A DNA stretch of 32,000 bases from the NCBI RefSeq assembly GCF_000223395.1, contig NC_015931.1, positions 390,001 to 422,000 on the forward strand, written 5' to 3'. This DNA comes from Pyrolobus fumarii 1A (lineage in GTDB: Archaea; Thermoproteota; Thermoprotei_A; Sulfolobales; Pyrodictiaceae). Position 1 is the stretch's first letter. Every line of letters starts with the position of its first letter. The notes below the pieces were generated by a model. The model was not told the DNA's origin. It saw only the letters and a list, made by a program, of their open reading frames with translations, and searched no databases. The position numbers were made by a program, and so were the translations under genes. This document shows positions 8,794 through 17,255 of the stretch, piece after piece.

Positions 8794-9240
8794 CTATGAT
8801 AGCGCCACAGCCGTCGCCACGAGCTTCTCCAGCTCGCGAGTTAGCCTGCAGACCGCCCTGCGTTGCTCATCCGTCTCCGGGCACTCTAGGCCCCGCTTCT
8901 CGCTATACACGCGTATAGCATCGTGGCAGGATATGCCCTCGGCCACGGCTATGACGGCCGAGGCCACTGTGCCCGTCCTACCGCAGCCGCCAGCACAGCA
9001 TATGGCTACCCTGCCCTCACGCTGGAGCAGCTCGAGCGCCTTCCTGGCAGCACCCTTGACGTTGACCCACGGTTCAACGCTGAAGTCCTCCACGGGATAG
9101 CAGTACGTGTTAGGCTCCACATCGCAATACTCCTCCTCGAGTATGATCACTGGGGCATCCACATACTCTAGCACCTCGACACACGGCCCACCGTAGACCA
9201 CACCAAGCCTCGTCTCTACACGCACAATGTCACGCACCAC
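8794..9240 (-). CDS. Cys-X5-Arg protein tyrosine/dual-specificity phosphatase-like protein
   Basis: 148 aa. P-loop ICCAGGCGRTG is encoded at 8977-8997 (Cys82-X5-Arg88). Size and motif position resemble small archaeal PTPs. The residue before the catalytic Cys is Cys rather than the usual His. Confidence 0.75.
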   Translation of the reverse strand: MVRDIVRVETRLGVVYGGPCVEVLEYVDAPVIILEEEYCDVEPNTYCYPVEDFSVEPWVNVKGAARKALELLQREGRVAICCAGGCGRTGTVASAVIAVAEGISCHDAIRVYSEKRGLECPETDEQRRAVCRLTRELEKLVATAVALS

Positions 9241-9293
9241 ACTACCACCCCCACCAGGCTCGAGACACTATACGATACGGCGTCGCACACCTC

Positions 9294-9437
9294 CTAGTTC
9301 GTCTGTTGCGCTTGTTGCAGGGGCTGGTCGTCCTCCTCCACGCTGGTGATGCGCGTGACCTCCAGGAGTAGTATGCGTCCGTCGTGGCTAGCGGCGACGA
9401 GACGTAGTTCTATGCGCACTAGGCTGGGTGCTGACAT
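9294..9437 (-). CDS. Possible small ORF (47 aa)
   Basis: My own translation gives MSAPSLVRIELRLVAASHDGRILLLEVTRITSVEEDDQPLQQAQQTN, ATG 9437..9435, TAG 9296..9294. It is the only plausible ORF in the 314-nt gap between the phosphatase and csa3. No homology evidence. Confidence 0.2.
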   Translation of the reverse strand: MSAPSLVRIELRLVAASHDGRILLLEVTRITSVEEDDQPLQQAQQTN

Positions 9438-9554
9438 GTCGGCTGACCATCCTCATACTACCGGCTGCGCGAGTATTTCAGCGTTTCCATCATGGGGGCA
9501 GCCATGTACCTATGTTTGAAACGGGCAGGGCGGCCGGCGAAAAGCGCCCTCATG

Positions 9555-10271
9555 TCATTGTTTCAGGCTCACCTTTAGCCGGTAAACACTGCTCGTCTCG
9601 TCCTTCTCTAGAACGCCCTTCTCGACGAGCCTCGTCAACACGCGGTATAGCTTCGAGCGGTTTACCTGCACCCCCTCTTCTGCCAGCCTACGGTTAAGCT
9701 CGGATAGCGTTGCGCCGCCCAGGGAGCCTAACACCCTCAGTATAGCGACCTGGAGGTGGTCACCACTAGAGAGTACCGTGGTCAACCTCGTTATGTCCGA
9801 GAGGCGTTGCACTATACGCTCCTCGGGCCTACCTTCGGGCTCAACGCACAACTCTATGAGGTCGTGTCTCTCCTCGGGCTGCGCCAGGATAGCAGTGTAG
9901 AGCGCGAGCACGAGGGGGCGCATCCCGCTCGCAAGGCAAGCAAGGATCCTCATACCGCCTGGTGCCGAGAGGTCGCGATCCACAAGCTCGTACATGGCCA
10001 CTATGTTGCCGGGTAGGTTGCGCGGCGGGAGCTTGTGCACCTCTACGTTGACACCCAGCGGGGCTAGGAGCGACTTGAGCGTGTCCAGCGCCTCCTGGGA
10101 CCTCCTCTCGCCGGTAGGGTCGCCGGTCGCCGCCTGGTAGAGCACAAGTTTGTCGACGCGCCCGCGGCCCAACGCCTCCTTCAGGCAGTGTAGTATGGGC
10201 CTCTCGTCAAAGCCTATGACGGCATGTATCGAGTACCCGCCCCGGACCGGAACTTGACCGTTGGCCTCCAC
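9555..10271 (-). CDS. csa3: Csa3-type CRISPR-associated transcriptional regulator (CARF domain + winged HTH)
   Basis: 238 aa. The N-terminal Rossmann-like part (IHAVIGFDERPIL...KLVLYQAA...ILACLASGMRPL) is followed by a C-terminal wHTH (LQVAILRVLGSLGGATLSELNRRL...SKLYRVLTRLVEKGVLEK). It is divergent from the type I-A interference operon, as for Csa3b in Sulfolobales. Confidence 0.8.
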   Translation of the reverse strand: MEANGQVPVRGGYSIHAVIGFDERPILHCLKEALGRGRVDKLVLYQAATGDPTGERRSQEALDTLKSLLAPLGVNVEVHKLPPRNLPGNIVAMYELVDRDLSAPGGMRILACLASGMRPLVLALYTAILAQPEERHDLIELCVEPEGRPEERIVQRLSDITRLTTVLSSGDHLQVAILRVLGSLGGATLSELNRRLAEEGVQVNRSKLYRVLTRLVEKGVLEKDETSSVYRLKVSLKQ

Positions 10272-10398
10272 TCTCGCCCCCTTAAGTAGGGGCGGCGCCG
10301 AGGTTTCATACTTCTGTGCTTAAATACAGGCTCCAAGGCGTACGTACCGCCGGGTATGCGCGTCCTTGCCACGCGGGGTTGACACTTGCCGGGAGTGT
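10272..10398. promoter_or_regulatory. Divergent csa3 / I-A operon control region with TATA-like box and palindromes
   Basis: TTAAATA at 10320-10326. Inverted repeat CGCCCC-N8-GGGGCG at 10275-10294. Self-complementary GTACGTAC at 10340-10347, between the TATA-like box and the ATG at 10399. Confidence 0.3.
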
Positions 10399-10836
10399 AT
10401 GGATAGGCTTATCGAGGGCGGGTTCAACGGCGTTGTGAGCGTGTTGAGGGTTCTCGCGGAGACGGGTAGGATGGGCCCCGTTGACCGCCTGGGCTTCACG
10501 CTCGACAGGCACGTGGCTATCGAGGCTCTCACGGAGGCCATGCGGGTATTCCACGCCCTCGCCAACGGCGCTAGGCTCGTCCGCATTGAGGCTGGCGGCG
10601 GAGCCAGGGTGTACAGGTGCTGCGAACTCTACAGGGTCGAGACTGGCGAGCCGTGTAGGGGCGTGAGGGGCAGGGCGCTCGAGGGCGAGTATGCCGGTAG
10701 CGAGGTGTGCTGCGTCCCGTGCCCGGAGGCGCCGCGCGACGAGGAGGTTAGGGGTGTTGTGGAGTGCATAGAGGGCTCTAGCTGCTGGCGTGATTTTACA
10801 CGTGCTCTCGTAGCCCGTGCACTGGCTAGGCCCTAG
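10399..10836 (+). CDS. csa5: Putative type I-A small subunit (Csa5/Cas11-like), Cys-rich
   Basis: The call rests mainly on position: first gene of the operon, immediately upstream of cas7(csa2), as in I-A loci. The N-terminal helical segment VVSVLRVLAE...VDRLGFTLD...AIEALTEAMR resembles my recollection of Csa5. ATG at 10399; the ORF track starts at a TTG at 10366. Confidence 0.45.
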   Translation: MDRLIEGGFNGVVSVLRVLAETGRMGPVDRLGFTLDRHVAIEALTEAMRVFHALANGARLVRIEAGGGARVYRCCELYRVETGEPCRGVRGRALEGEYAGSEVCCVPCPEAPRDEEVRGVVECIEGSSCWRDFTRALVARALARP

Positions 10837-10840
10837 CGGG

Positions 10841-11938
10841 GTGGGGCCCGTGGCGTGCAGCGCCTACCTCACGCTAACCGCCAGGCTACTCGTCAACGTA
10901 GAGGCTCTCAATATGGCGGAGACTGTGGGTAACCTCGCGAGGCACAAGCGCATACCCATGGTGGTACCCGTTGAGGGCGAGGAGGGTGCAGCCCTCGAGC
11001 TTCGCATGATGCCGGCTATCTCTGGGCAGAGCCTAGCGCACGGCTATCAGCGCGTGTTGGCGCGGAGGGCGCTGGCCAAGGGGCTGCCGGTGTGCAAGCT
11101 CTGCGAGCAAGGCGTGTTCGTGAAACATGCTAGCGACGAGGTGCTGGAGAGGCTCCGTGGCCTGGGCGACGCTGGCGCGACTACCCTACTACAGCTCGTG
11201 AGCGACATGAAGAAGGTGAGGAGGCCGAGTAGTGAGCAAGCTGCGCGGTTCGTGTCTAGCTTCGAGGAGGGGGTTGTGAGGTCGTGTGTGGTTGAGGATG
11301 TGGGTGGCTTCCTCTACGCGGGTAGGCTGCCGGTTAGGAGGACCAGCCGCGTAAGCTTCTCGTACATGATACCGTCGCTGCAGTACGTCAACGCTGTTGG
11401 TGTTGAGGGTGTGCTCCACGCTAGGCACGACCCGGTGGCCGTCGGCGAACAGATGATATACGTTGTGGAGGTTGGCGCGGCTCTCTACACGTTCAGTGTG
11501 CTCGTCGACCTTTGTGGCATCGGTGTCGTGGAGAGGCAGGATGGTGGGGAGACAGTCCTCGAGGATAGGGTGGAGAGGGTTAGGGTAGCTGTTGAGGCTC
11601 TCGGGGAGCTTGTGTCCGGCGCTGCTTTCGGCGCGAAGCGCTCCCGTATACTGCCGCACTGGGAGGTGGAGAGTATAGCAGCGGCTGTCGTTGAGGGGTT
11701 CCGCTTCCAGATGCCCGGCGGCCACCACGCCGGGTACATAAGAGAGGCTGCCGAGAGGCTATCTAGAGCGTCTAGGCTCCTCGGCGGCTCGTGGAGGATG
11801 GCGTTCTACATCCGCGAGTACCCTGTTGGGAGGCTTACCGAGGAGCCCAGCGTGGAGGGGGTGGCGCAGGCAAAGAGCCCCGAGGAGGTGTTCGAGAAGC
11901 TGGTGGAGTGGAGTGTCGAGGCGGTTACCCGGGGCTAA
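10841..11938 (+). CDS. cas7: Cas7 (Csa2) backbone subunit, type I-A
   Basis: The N-terminus AYLTLTARLLVNVEALNMAETVGNLARHKRIPMVV...MPAISGQSLAHGYQRVLA matches the Csa2 family signature (LNxxExxGN...H+, ISG[EQ]xLxHxYQ). In-frame GTG starts at 10817, 10841 and 10850; 10841 avoids overlap with the upstream stop. Confidence 0.85.
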   Translation: MGPVACSAYLTLTARLLVNVEALNMAETVGNLARHKRIPMVVPVEGEEGAALELRMMPAISGQSLAHGYQRVLARRALAKGLPVCKLCEQGVFVKHASDEVLERLRGLGDAGATTLLQLVSDMKKVRRPSSEQAARFVSSFEEGVVRSCVVEDVGGFLYAGRLPVRRTSRVSFSYMIPSLQYVNAVGVEGVLHARHDPVAVGEQMIYVVEVGAALYTFSVLVDLCGIGVVERQDGGETVLEDRVERVRVAVEALGELVSGAAFGAKRSRILPHWEVESIAAAVVEGFRFQMPGGHHAGYIREAAERLSRASRLLGGSWRMAFYIREYPVGRLTEEPSVEGVAQAKSPEEVFEKLVEWSVEAVTRG

Positions 11939-11952
11939 AGGGGCTAGAGGCC

Positions 11953-12762
11953 ATGCCGGCGGTTGCTGTCGTGGCGGTGGTCGAGGCTGTCTGGGGTTGG
12001 AGTGTCAGGGTGCCGGGCGCATCGGTTGGTGGCGGTAGCCTCCCGTTGCCCCCACCCACCACGGTGATAGGCTCCCTCGCGTATAGCCTCGCTAGGCTGC
12101 TAGGATGGCCCGAGACCCTCTACGAGACTGATACAGTCGGCGTAGCTGCCTACTCGTCCGCCCGTAGGCTAGCCTCGGCTGTGCTGTCGGCATCCGCTGG
12201 TCTGCTAGAGGGTAGGGTGGTCACGGCGTATGACGTAGTGAGGACTGTGAACATACCGTTCATAAGGCCGGAGAATAGGCGCGACACGAGCCAATGGCTT
12301 AGCGTCAACGCGTTCGGCGTCACCATCGCCCCGCGTGCAAGGCTATGCATGGCCATAGTGTTTGACGGCGAGAGGCTAGAGTCGTTGGGTATCAACGAGT
12401 CTCTGCTCGAGAAGGCCGCGTGGAGCATCTCCAGGCTGGGGTCGAAAGAGGGTCTAGTGAGCGTGGTTGAGGCTGGCGTGTTCCGCGCCGAGCGCGGCGC
12501 CGGCCCCACGAGGCTCTATGGCAGGAGGGGCGTACTCCAAGGCGAGCATATCGTCGCTCTCCGTGCTTGGAGCCCGTGGAGCGACGAGTCCTGGATGGGC
12601 CTGCAGAGGCGGGGCGCCGAGCTACTAGAGCTAGAGGCGCCGTTGAGGATCACCGGGCCGGTCTACGAGCCTACGCCCGAGCCCCCGGTCGCCATCGAGG
12701 GCTGGAGGGTTGAGGCTAGCGGGTTGCTCGGCGAGTGTGGCACCATACCCGTCCTAGCCTGA
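11953..12762 (+). CDS. cas5: Cas5a, type I-A
   Basis: ATG at 11953 gives MPAVAVVAVVEAVWGWSVRVPGASVGGGSLPLPPPTTVIGSLAYSLARLLG, the Cas5 N-terminal pattern (beta-strand, then P-P-P-[ST]-x-x-G-x-L). It lies directly after cas7. Confidence 0.75.
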   Translation: MPAVAVVAVVEAVWGWSVRVPGASVGGGSLPLPPPTTVIGSLAYSLARLLGWPETLYETDTVGVAAYSSARRLASAVLSASAGLLEGRVVTAYDVVRTVNIPFIRPENRRDTSQWLSVNAFGVTIAPRARLCMAIVFDGERLESLGINESLLEKAAWSISRLGSKEGLVSVVEAGVFRAERGAGPTRLYGRRGVLQGEHIVALRAWSPWSDESWMGLQRRGAELLELEAPLRITGPVYEPTPEPPVAIEGWRVEASGLLGECGTIPVLA

Positions 12763-12763
12763 G

Positions 12764-14020
12764 GTGCCCGTCATGGTGTGTAGGCTGCGCCTCGATATAC
12801 CCGAGGGACTGGTTGCTCGGGACTTCGCGCTCAGCCTCCTCTACCTGGCCGCGCCGGGCCGGGTAGAGGCACGCGGAGAGGACGTCGAGGTCGACATGCC
12901 GGATTGTGACGCGCTGCTGGACGTTGTGAGCGACCTCCTCGGCGACCCGTGTAGGCTAGCTGGCTCTTCCCCATCGTCGAGGAGGTCTGTGGCCAGGACT
13001 TGTAGCGCGGAGCTACCGCACGCCAGTGAGTTCGAGAAGCTGGGGGCCAAGCTGAGGGCCGGCGTCCGCATAAGGAGCGTGAACGATGCTATCGAGGCGC
13101 TCCGGAGGCTATCACGCGGCGAGACGATAGACTCTCCCCGTGTAGACTCTAGGCCGCTCATACGTGCGGAGTACCGCGAGTATGCCAGGGGGTTCGGCGG
13201 CGCCGTCCAAGGCGCGGCGGGGTCCACTACGGGGAGGGGGCGAAGGGGGAGGACGCATTCCGTCTCCGTCATCGCGGCTAGGAGCTACCTGCCAGTGTCT
13301 ATACACGCTCAGCTCCTAGCCGCACTAGGCTACTGTGCGACTCTCGCCGCGTTCGAGGGGGGTGGGCGAACCCACCATCTCCTCGTCCACCGGGGCTTCT
13401 CCGACGCCCTCCAGCCCCTACTCCCGGGTCTACACGCCAAGCTACGCCTGCTATACCGGAGGTACATCCAGGCGAGCAACATTCTAGACCCCAGCGTGTA
13501 CCTTGTCGCGGCCTCCGCCCTCGTAGCCGCAGAGGCGAGCTGCGCCGACATAGAGGAGGGCGACCTTACACTACCCGTAGCTAGGCTGACGCTCAAACAG
13601 AGGAGCGCAACACTCGACGTCCTTGAGGAGGCTCCCCTGGGCTCGGTCTACAGGTTGTTGTGTAGCGCGCAGATCGACGTTCAGACTAACCTCCTTGAGC
13701 CTATACTCGTGTTGTGGGACGCCGCTATGCGCGGCGCCGACCAGATAACAGCTATACTGAACCGGTACGCTAACAGCCTTCTCGTCGCGTCTATAACGGG
13801 TTCGACCGACTACCTGTTAGCCGCTGAGCGTGTGGCTTTCGCGCCTCTAGTCAGCGGCTCTGAGGTGTTGCACGCCAGGGGTAGCACCTGCCTCGAGCGG
13901 GGAGCGTGCATCTGCGCCAGCGACTCTACCCTCCCGGTGGGCGCGGCGCTCGACCGCCTCGTTAACTTCGCCCGTATGGCGCTGGAGTCTCTACTCGCAC
14001 GGAGGTCCATGGGCCCGTGA
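12764..14020 (+). CDS. cas8a: Candidate type I-A large subunit (Cas8a-like), assigned by position only
   Basis: 418-aa ORF tightly packed between cas5 and cas3' (GTG 12764 or ATG 12773; its stop overlaps the cas3' start). This is the slot held by cas8a1 in the Archaeoglobus-type I-A gene order. No motif recognised. Confidence 0.45.
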   Translation: MPVMVCRLRLDIPEGLVARDFALSLLYLAAPGRVEARGEDVEVDMPDCDALLDVVSDLLGDPCRLAGSSPSSRRSVARTCSAELPHASEFEKLGAKLRAGVRIRSVNDAIEALRRLSRGETIDSPRVDSRPLIRAEYREYARGFGGAVQGAAGSTTGRGRRGRTHSVSVIAARSYLPVSIHAQLLAALGYCATLAAFEGGGRTHHLLVHRGFSDALQPLLPGLHAKLRLLYRRYIQASNILDPSVYLVAASALVAAEASCADIEEGDLTLPVARLTLKQRSATLDVLEEAPLGSVYRLLCSAQIDVQTNLLEPILVLWDAAMRGADQITAILNRYANSLLVASITGSTDYLLAAERVAFAPLVSGSEVLHARGSTCLERGACICASDSTLPVGAALDRLVNFARMALESLLARRSMGP

Positions 14021-15642
14021 GGGCAGGCGTGGGTGAGCTGCTGGAGATCTACGAGGCCTCTCCGCCAGAACGGGGGTTGTTCATCGCGCCGACGGGCTAC
14101 GGGAAGAGTAGCCTGGTAGCCAGCCTAGCTTCTCGCCTCGTCCCCGCCAGGATACCTCGCGTGATACACGCTCTGCCGCTGCGCGCTATACTCGAGCAGC
14201 TCTACTCGAGGCTCGTGGAGAGCGGCGCGGGGCTAACCATAGGCTACCAGGCTATGGGTCTCGGGTTGTCGGGCAAGACTCCCTTCATGGCTCCTCAGCT
14301 CGTACTAACGACCTACGATAGTCTCCTGGTTAACCTGCTGCGCGGCAATGTGGCTGAGAGGGGGTTGGGGCACTACGAGGCGCCACGTGCACACATCCTC
14401 TCATCTCTTATCGTGCTCGACGAGATACACCTCGGCCTCTCGGCGGAGGGTCTACTCGACACCCTCTACACGAGCCTCTGGGCGCTCCGCGGTATGAGGG
14501 TGCAGCTGCTGTTAGAGACGGCCACTATGCCACCCGGGATGATGCTGGAGGTCGCGAGGTTCGCCCGCCCCGACCTTATCGTGGCGGTGTTGCCGGGGGA
14601 TGGCGAGTGTCTGGATAGCCTCGGGTTGAGGGGTGTTACGGGTGCGAAGGTGCACGTGGTTGTGGATAGGGAGTTCTATGAGGGTGTTGCGGCGACATCG
14701 TGGGAGTATGGGCTTCTCGAGCAGAGCAGAGTAGCGGATACGGTGGCTACGCTCGCGGAGAGCGGTCGTAGGGTGCTCGTGGTGATAGACTCTGTTGCTG
14801 GGGCCGTGGACGTGTATAGGGCGCTTGCGGCGAGAGTTGGAGAAGATAAAGTTGCCCTCATCCATGGTAGGATGGCTCCGTTTGAAAGGGAGCGTGTCGT
14901 CAAACGCCTAGACTCTATCCGTGTCCTAGTGGGTACTAGCGCGGTCGAGGCGGGCATAGACGCTGACTTCGATGTTCTCGTGACTAGCGCTGCGAAGCCT
15001 AGCTCGCTTCTACAGAGGATGGGTAGGGTCGCGAGGCGCCCAGGCAGACTCGAGAGGGCCGAAGCGTACATTATAGATGATGGTGGCGATGCGAGGCGCC
15101 TGCTACTCGCCTTGCAGGGCGTGCACCCGAGGCTACCCTGCCCCTATAGAGGCTGGACGGGATACACGCGGCTACTGGCCGTCGAGGAGGCGCCCAAGCC
15201 CCGGTTTGACGCGCGGCGCCTGGCGCTCGCCTACGCCGTGATAGACCCGCGTAGACTCGAGATGCTGCTGCAGGGGTTCTGCGACCTTGTTAGGAACGAC
15301 CCCCTAGTGCCCCTCGTTCCCAGCGCGTACCTCGAGCGTATCCTAGACGGCGAGCCGCTAGGCATGTACGCCTTCCCTGCTAACCTCTCCACGGTCGCCA
15401 AGAGGGGTGGCGAGTGGCTCTCGTGGTGTAACGGGCGGGGTGTGCGCGTCGTCAGCCTGGAGGCTAGAGGGGAGGGCGAGTGGAGCAGCGCAACCAGTTA
15501 CTCGCTCGACTGTAGCGAGGCGCTGGGGAGATTACTGAGGGAGGGCACCGACTCATGCCGCGCCATACTCGAGGCCATGGAGAGGGAGGGAGTGGCGGCA
15601 CTCGTGGTGGAGGGTTATGAGCCTGGGGTCGGGCTCGTGTAG
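14017..15642 (+). CDS. cas3': Cas3' SF2 helicase (split Cas3, type I-A)
   Basis: Motif I APTGYGKSS (14086-14109), motif II DEIH (14419-14430), motif III ETAT, motif VI QRMGRVARR. The GTG start overlaps the preceding stop. Confidence 0.9.
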   Translation: MRAGVGELLEIYEASPPERGLFIAPTGYGKSSLVASLASRLVPARIPRVIHALPLRAILEQLYSRLVESGAGLTIGYQAMGLGLSGKTPFMAPQLVLTTYDSLLVNLLRGNVAERGLGHYEAPRAHILSSLIVLDEIHLGLSAEGLLDTLYTSLWALRGMRVQLLLETATMPPGMMLEVARFARPDLIVAVLPGDGECLDSLGLRGVTGAKVHVVVDREFYEGVAATSWEYGLLEQSRVADTVATLAESGRRVLVVIDSVAGAVDVYRALAARVGEDKVALIHGRMAPFERERVVKRLDSIRVLVGTSAVEAGIDADFDVLVTSAAKPSSLLQRMGRVARRPGRLERAEAYIIDDGGDARRLLLALQGVHPRLPCPYRGWTGYTRLLAVEEAPKPRFDARRLALAYAVIDPRRLEMLLQGFCDLVRNDPLVPLVPSAYLERILDGEPLGMYAFPANLSTVAKRGGEWLSWCNGRGVRVVSLEARGEGEWSSATSYSLDCSEALGRLLREGTDSCRAILEAMEREGVAALVVEGYEPGVGLV

Positions 15643-16516
15643 CCTCTACGCCTGGGAAGGCGTGACTCTGGAGAGGCACGCTAGGTGTACAGCCGCTGTA
15701 GCCGAGAGGCTATACGGCCCCGCATGGCGCTACTCGCTAAGCACGATGAAACTCCCAGATAGCGCGGCAAGCACACTCCTAGACGCGCTCACGCTCTCGG
15801 CCCTCCTCCACGACGCTGGCAAAGCACTGTTCGACAACCCACGCTCATTCCGCTGCCACGAGGTGTACGGCGCCATACTGCTCACATCTGCAGCCAGAGC
15901 CTCCCTGCGAGCGCACGACCCCAGGAGAGCACTGGCATACGGCCTGGCGGCACTCACGGCATACCTACACCACCACGGCATGGGCAGCAGCAGGTACGCA
16001 GCGTGCCTCGCGGGCACCGGGTACCAGGATATACTCCGCAGGTTCCTAACCGGGAAAGAACCAAGATGCCAACTCCTAGTCGAGTGCCTGAAGAGCGCCA
16101 CCGAGAACGAGAGCATCACAGGCATGCTAGACAAGCTGTGCAGCTACGCATCGCGCGGCACGCGCCTACTGACCTCCGGTAGCCTGGCGGAACAGGCCTC
16201 AACCATCGCTATAAGAGCGCTTAGACAACTGGGCGTCAAGCACGACGCCGACGCAATCATCGGCCGCCTATCGACACTACTGGTTGGATTCGTCAGCATC
16301 GCAGACAGCGTATCAGCGCTACTCGAGAAGCGCGAAGAGAATCAACCCGCCATCAACTGCACCAGCCCGAGGAGATACCATATACGCATACTCTGCGAGA
16401 TAACCGGCTTCAAGGGAGACACGCTAACCAGGCTCATAGCCGAGCTGGCCACCACATGCAGCGGTAACACTATCACACCGTCGAAAACCCACGCCAACAC
16501 TTGTTCACGAAGTTAA
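15617..16516 (+). CDS. cas3'': Cas3'' HD nuclease (split Cas3, type I-A)
   Basis: LERHARCTAAV ... LSALLHDAGK (HD at 15809-15814) ... YLHHHG. It follows cas3' with a 26-nt overlap. Confidence 0.85.
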   Translation: MSLGSGSCSLYAWEGVTLERHARCTAAVAERLYGPAWRYSLSTMKLPDSAASTLLDALTLSALLHDAGKALFDNPRSFRCHEVYGAILLTSAARASLRAHDPRRALAYGLAALTAYLHHHGMGSSRYAACLAGTGYQDILRRFLTGKEPRCQLLVECLKSATENESITGMLDKLCSYASRGTRLLTSGSLAEQASTIAIRALRQLGVKHDADAIIGRLSTLLVGFVSIADSVSALLEKREENQPAINCTSPRRYHIRILCEITGFKGDTLTRLIAELATTCSGNTITPSKTHANTCSRS

Positions 16517-16650
16517 CACCCAACATGTATCTGTTCTGCCAGAAGTAGCCCCGCACACGAGAGGATCATTGACACACCACACAGGCAGAGGATAGAAGCC
16601 AGACGCGAGAAGCCGAAACGGGCAACCCCGCAATCCGCAACAGGCTACTC

Positions 16651-17046
16651 CTATCCGATCAGCCCGAGCATCTTCAACACGACCGGCAACAACAGCGCCA
16701 CTAGCGTTAACCAGATGCTGGCTAGCAGCCCCACCATCCACTTGACAAGGTTATCCATCCTATCCTCGAGTCTCCATATCCCCTTCCTCAACTCCTCCAT
16801 CTGCCTCTGTAGCCTCTCCTCTACCTCCCTCATCTCCCTCTTCAGCCTCTCCTCCATCTCTCTCATCTCGCGCCTTACCTTCTCCAAATCCTGCTTTGTC
16901 GCGACATCCCGCAACAACCCCTCCAGCAACAACGAGCGCAGCGTCTCCTCCGTCGCTATGTCCAGCGCCAGCATGCGCGCCAGGCGCCTCCGCTTCTCCG
17001 GGTGCCTAGCAGCATCCTCGAGCAACCGGTCTATGAGAGACTCCAA
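16651..17046 (-). CDS. Coiled-coil protein with C-terminal transmembrane anchor (DUF1640-like)
   Basis: VATKQDLEKVRREMREMEERLKREMREVEERLQRQMEELRK heptad-like repeats, followed by WMVGLLASIWLTLVALLLPVVL. The annotated start is a TTG; the first ATG is at codon 25. Confidence 0.55.
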   Translation of the reverse strand: MESLIDRLLEDAARHPEKRRRLARMLALDIATEETLRSLLLEGLLRDVATKQDLEKVRREMREMEERLKREMREVEERLQRQMEELRKGIWRLEDRMDNLVKWMVGLLASIWLTLVALLLPVVLKMLGLIG

Positions 17047-17255
17047 ACAAACCCCTAAGCAGTATACGTCACTAATGCCACCACTATATCACCATCGCTA
17101 AGCGTGCCGCACGACACCCGCCAAGCCCGAAGACACACGGAGCGCATGGAAAATGACTACTCGGCTGTAGGTGAACTGTCGTATGCAAAACAACCCGCGG
17201 ATGAGAAGTTTTGTGATGTGAGTGGCTTAACGGCCTGGGTGGAAACTGTGCTCGT

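Noticed and set aside
3563-16134. Many antisense or out-of-frame ORFs inside the transporter and I-A genes (for example 3760..4392, 4698..5117, 6460..6792, 11189..11728, 12841..13272, 14676..15071, 15730..16134)
   Set aside because: Each is fully embedded in a gene that has strong family motifs on the other strand or frame. Their Arg/Ser/Pro/Ala-rich composition is what GC-rich antisense translation produces.
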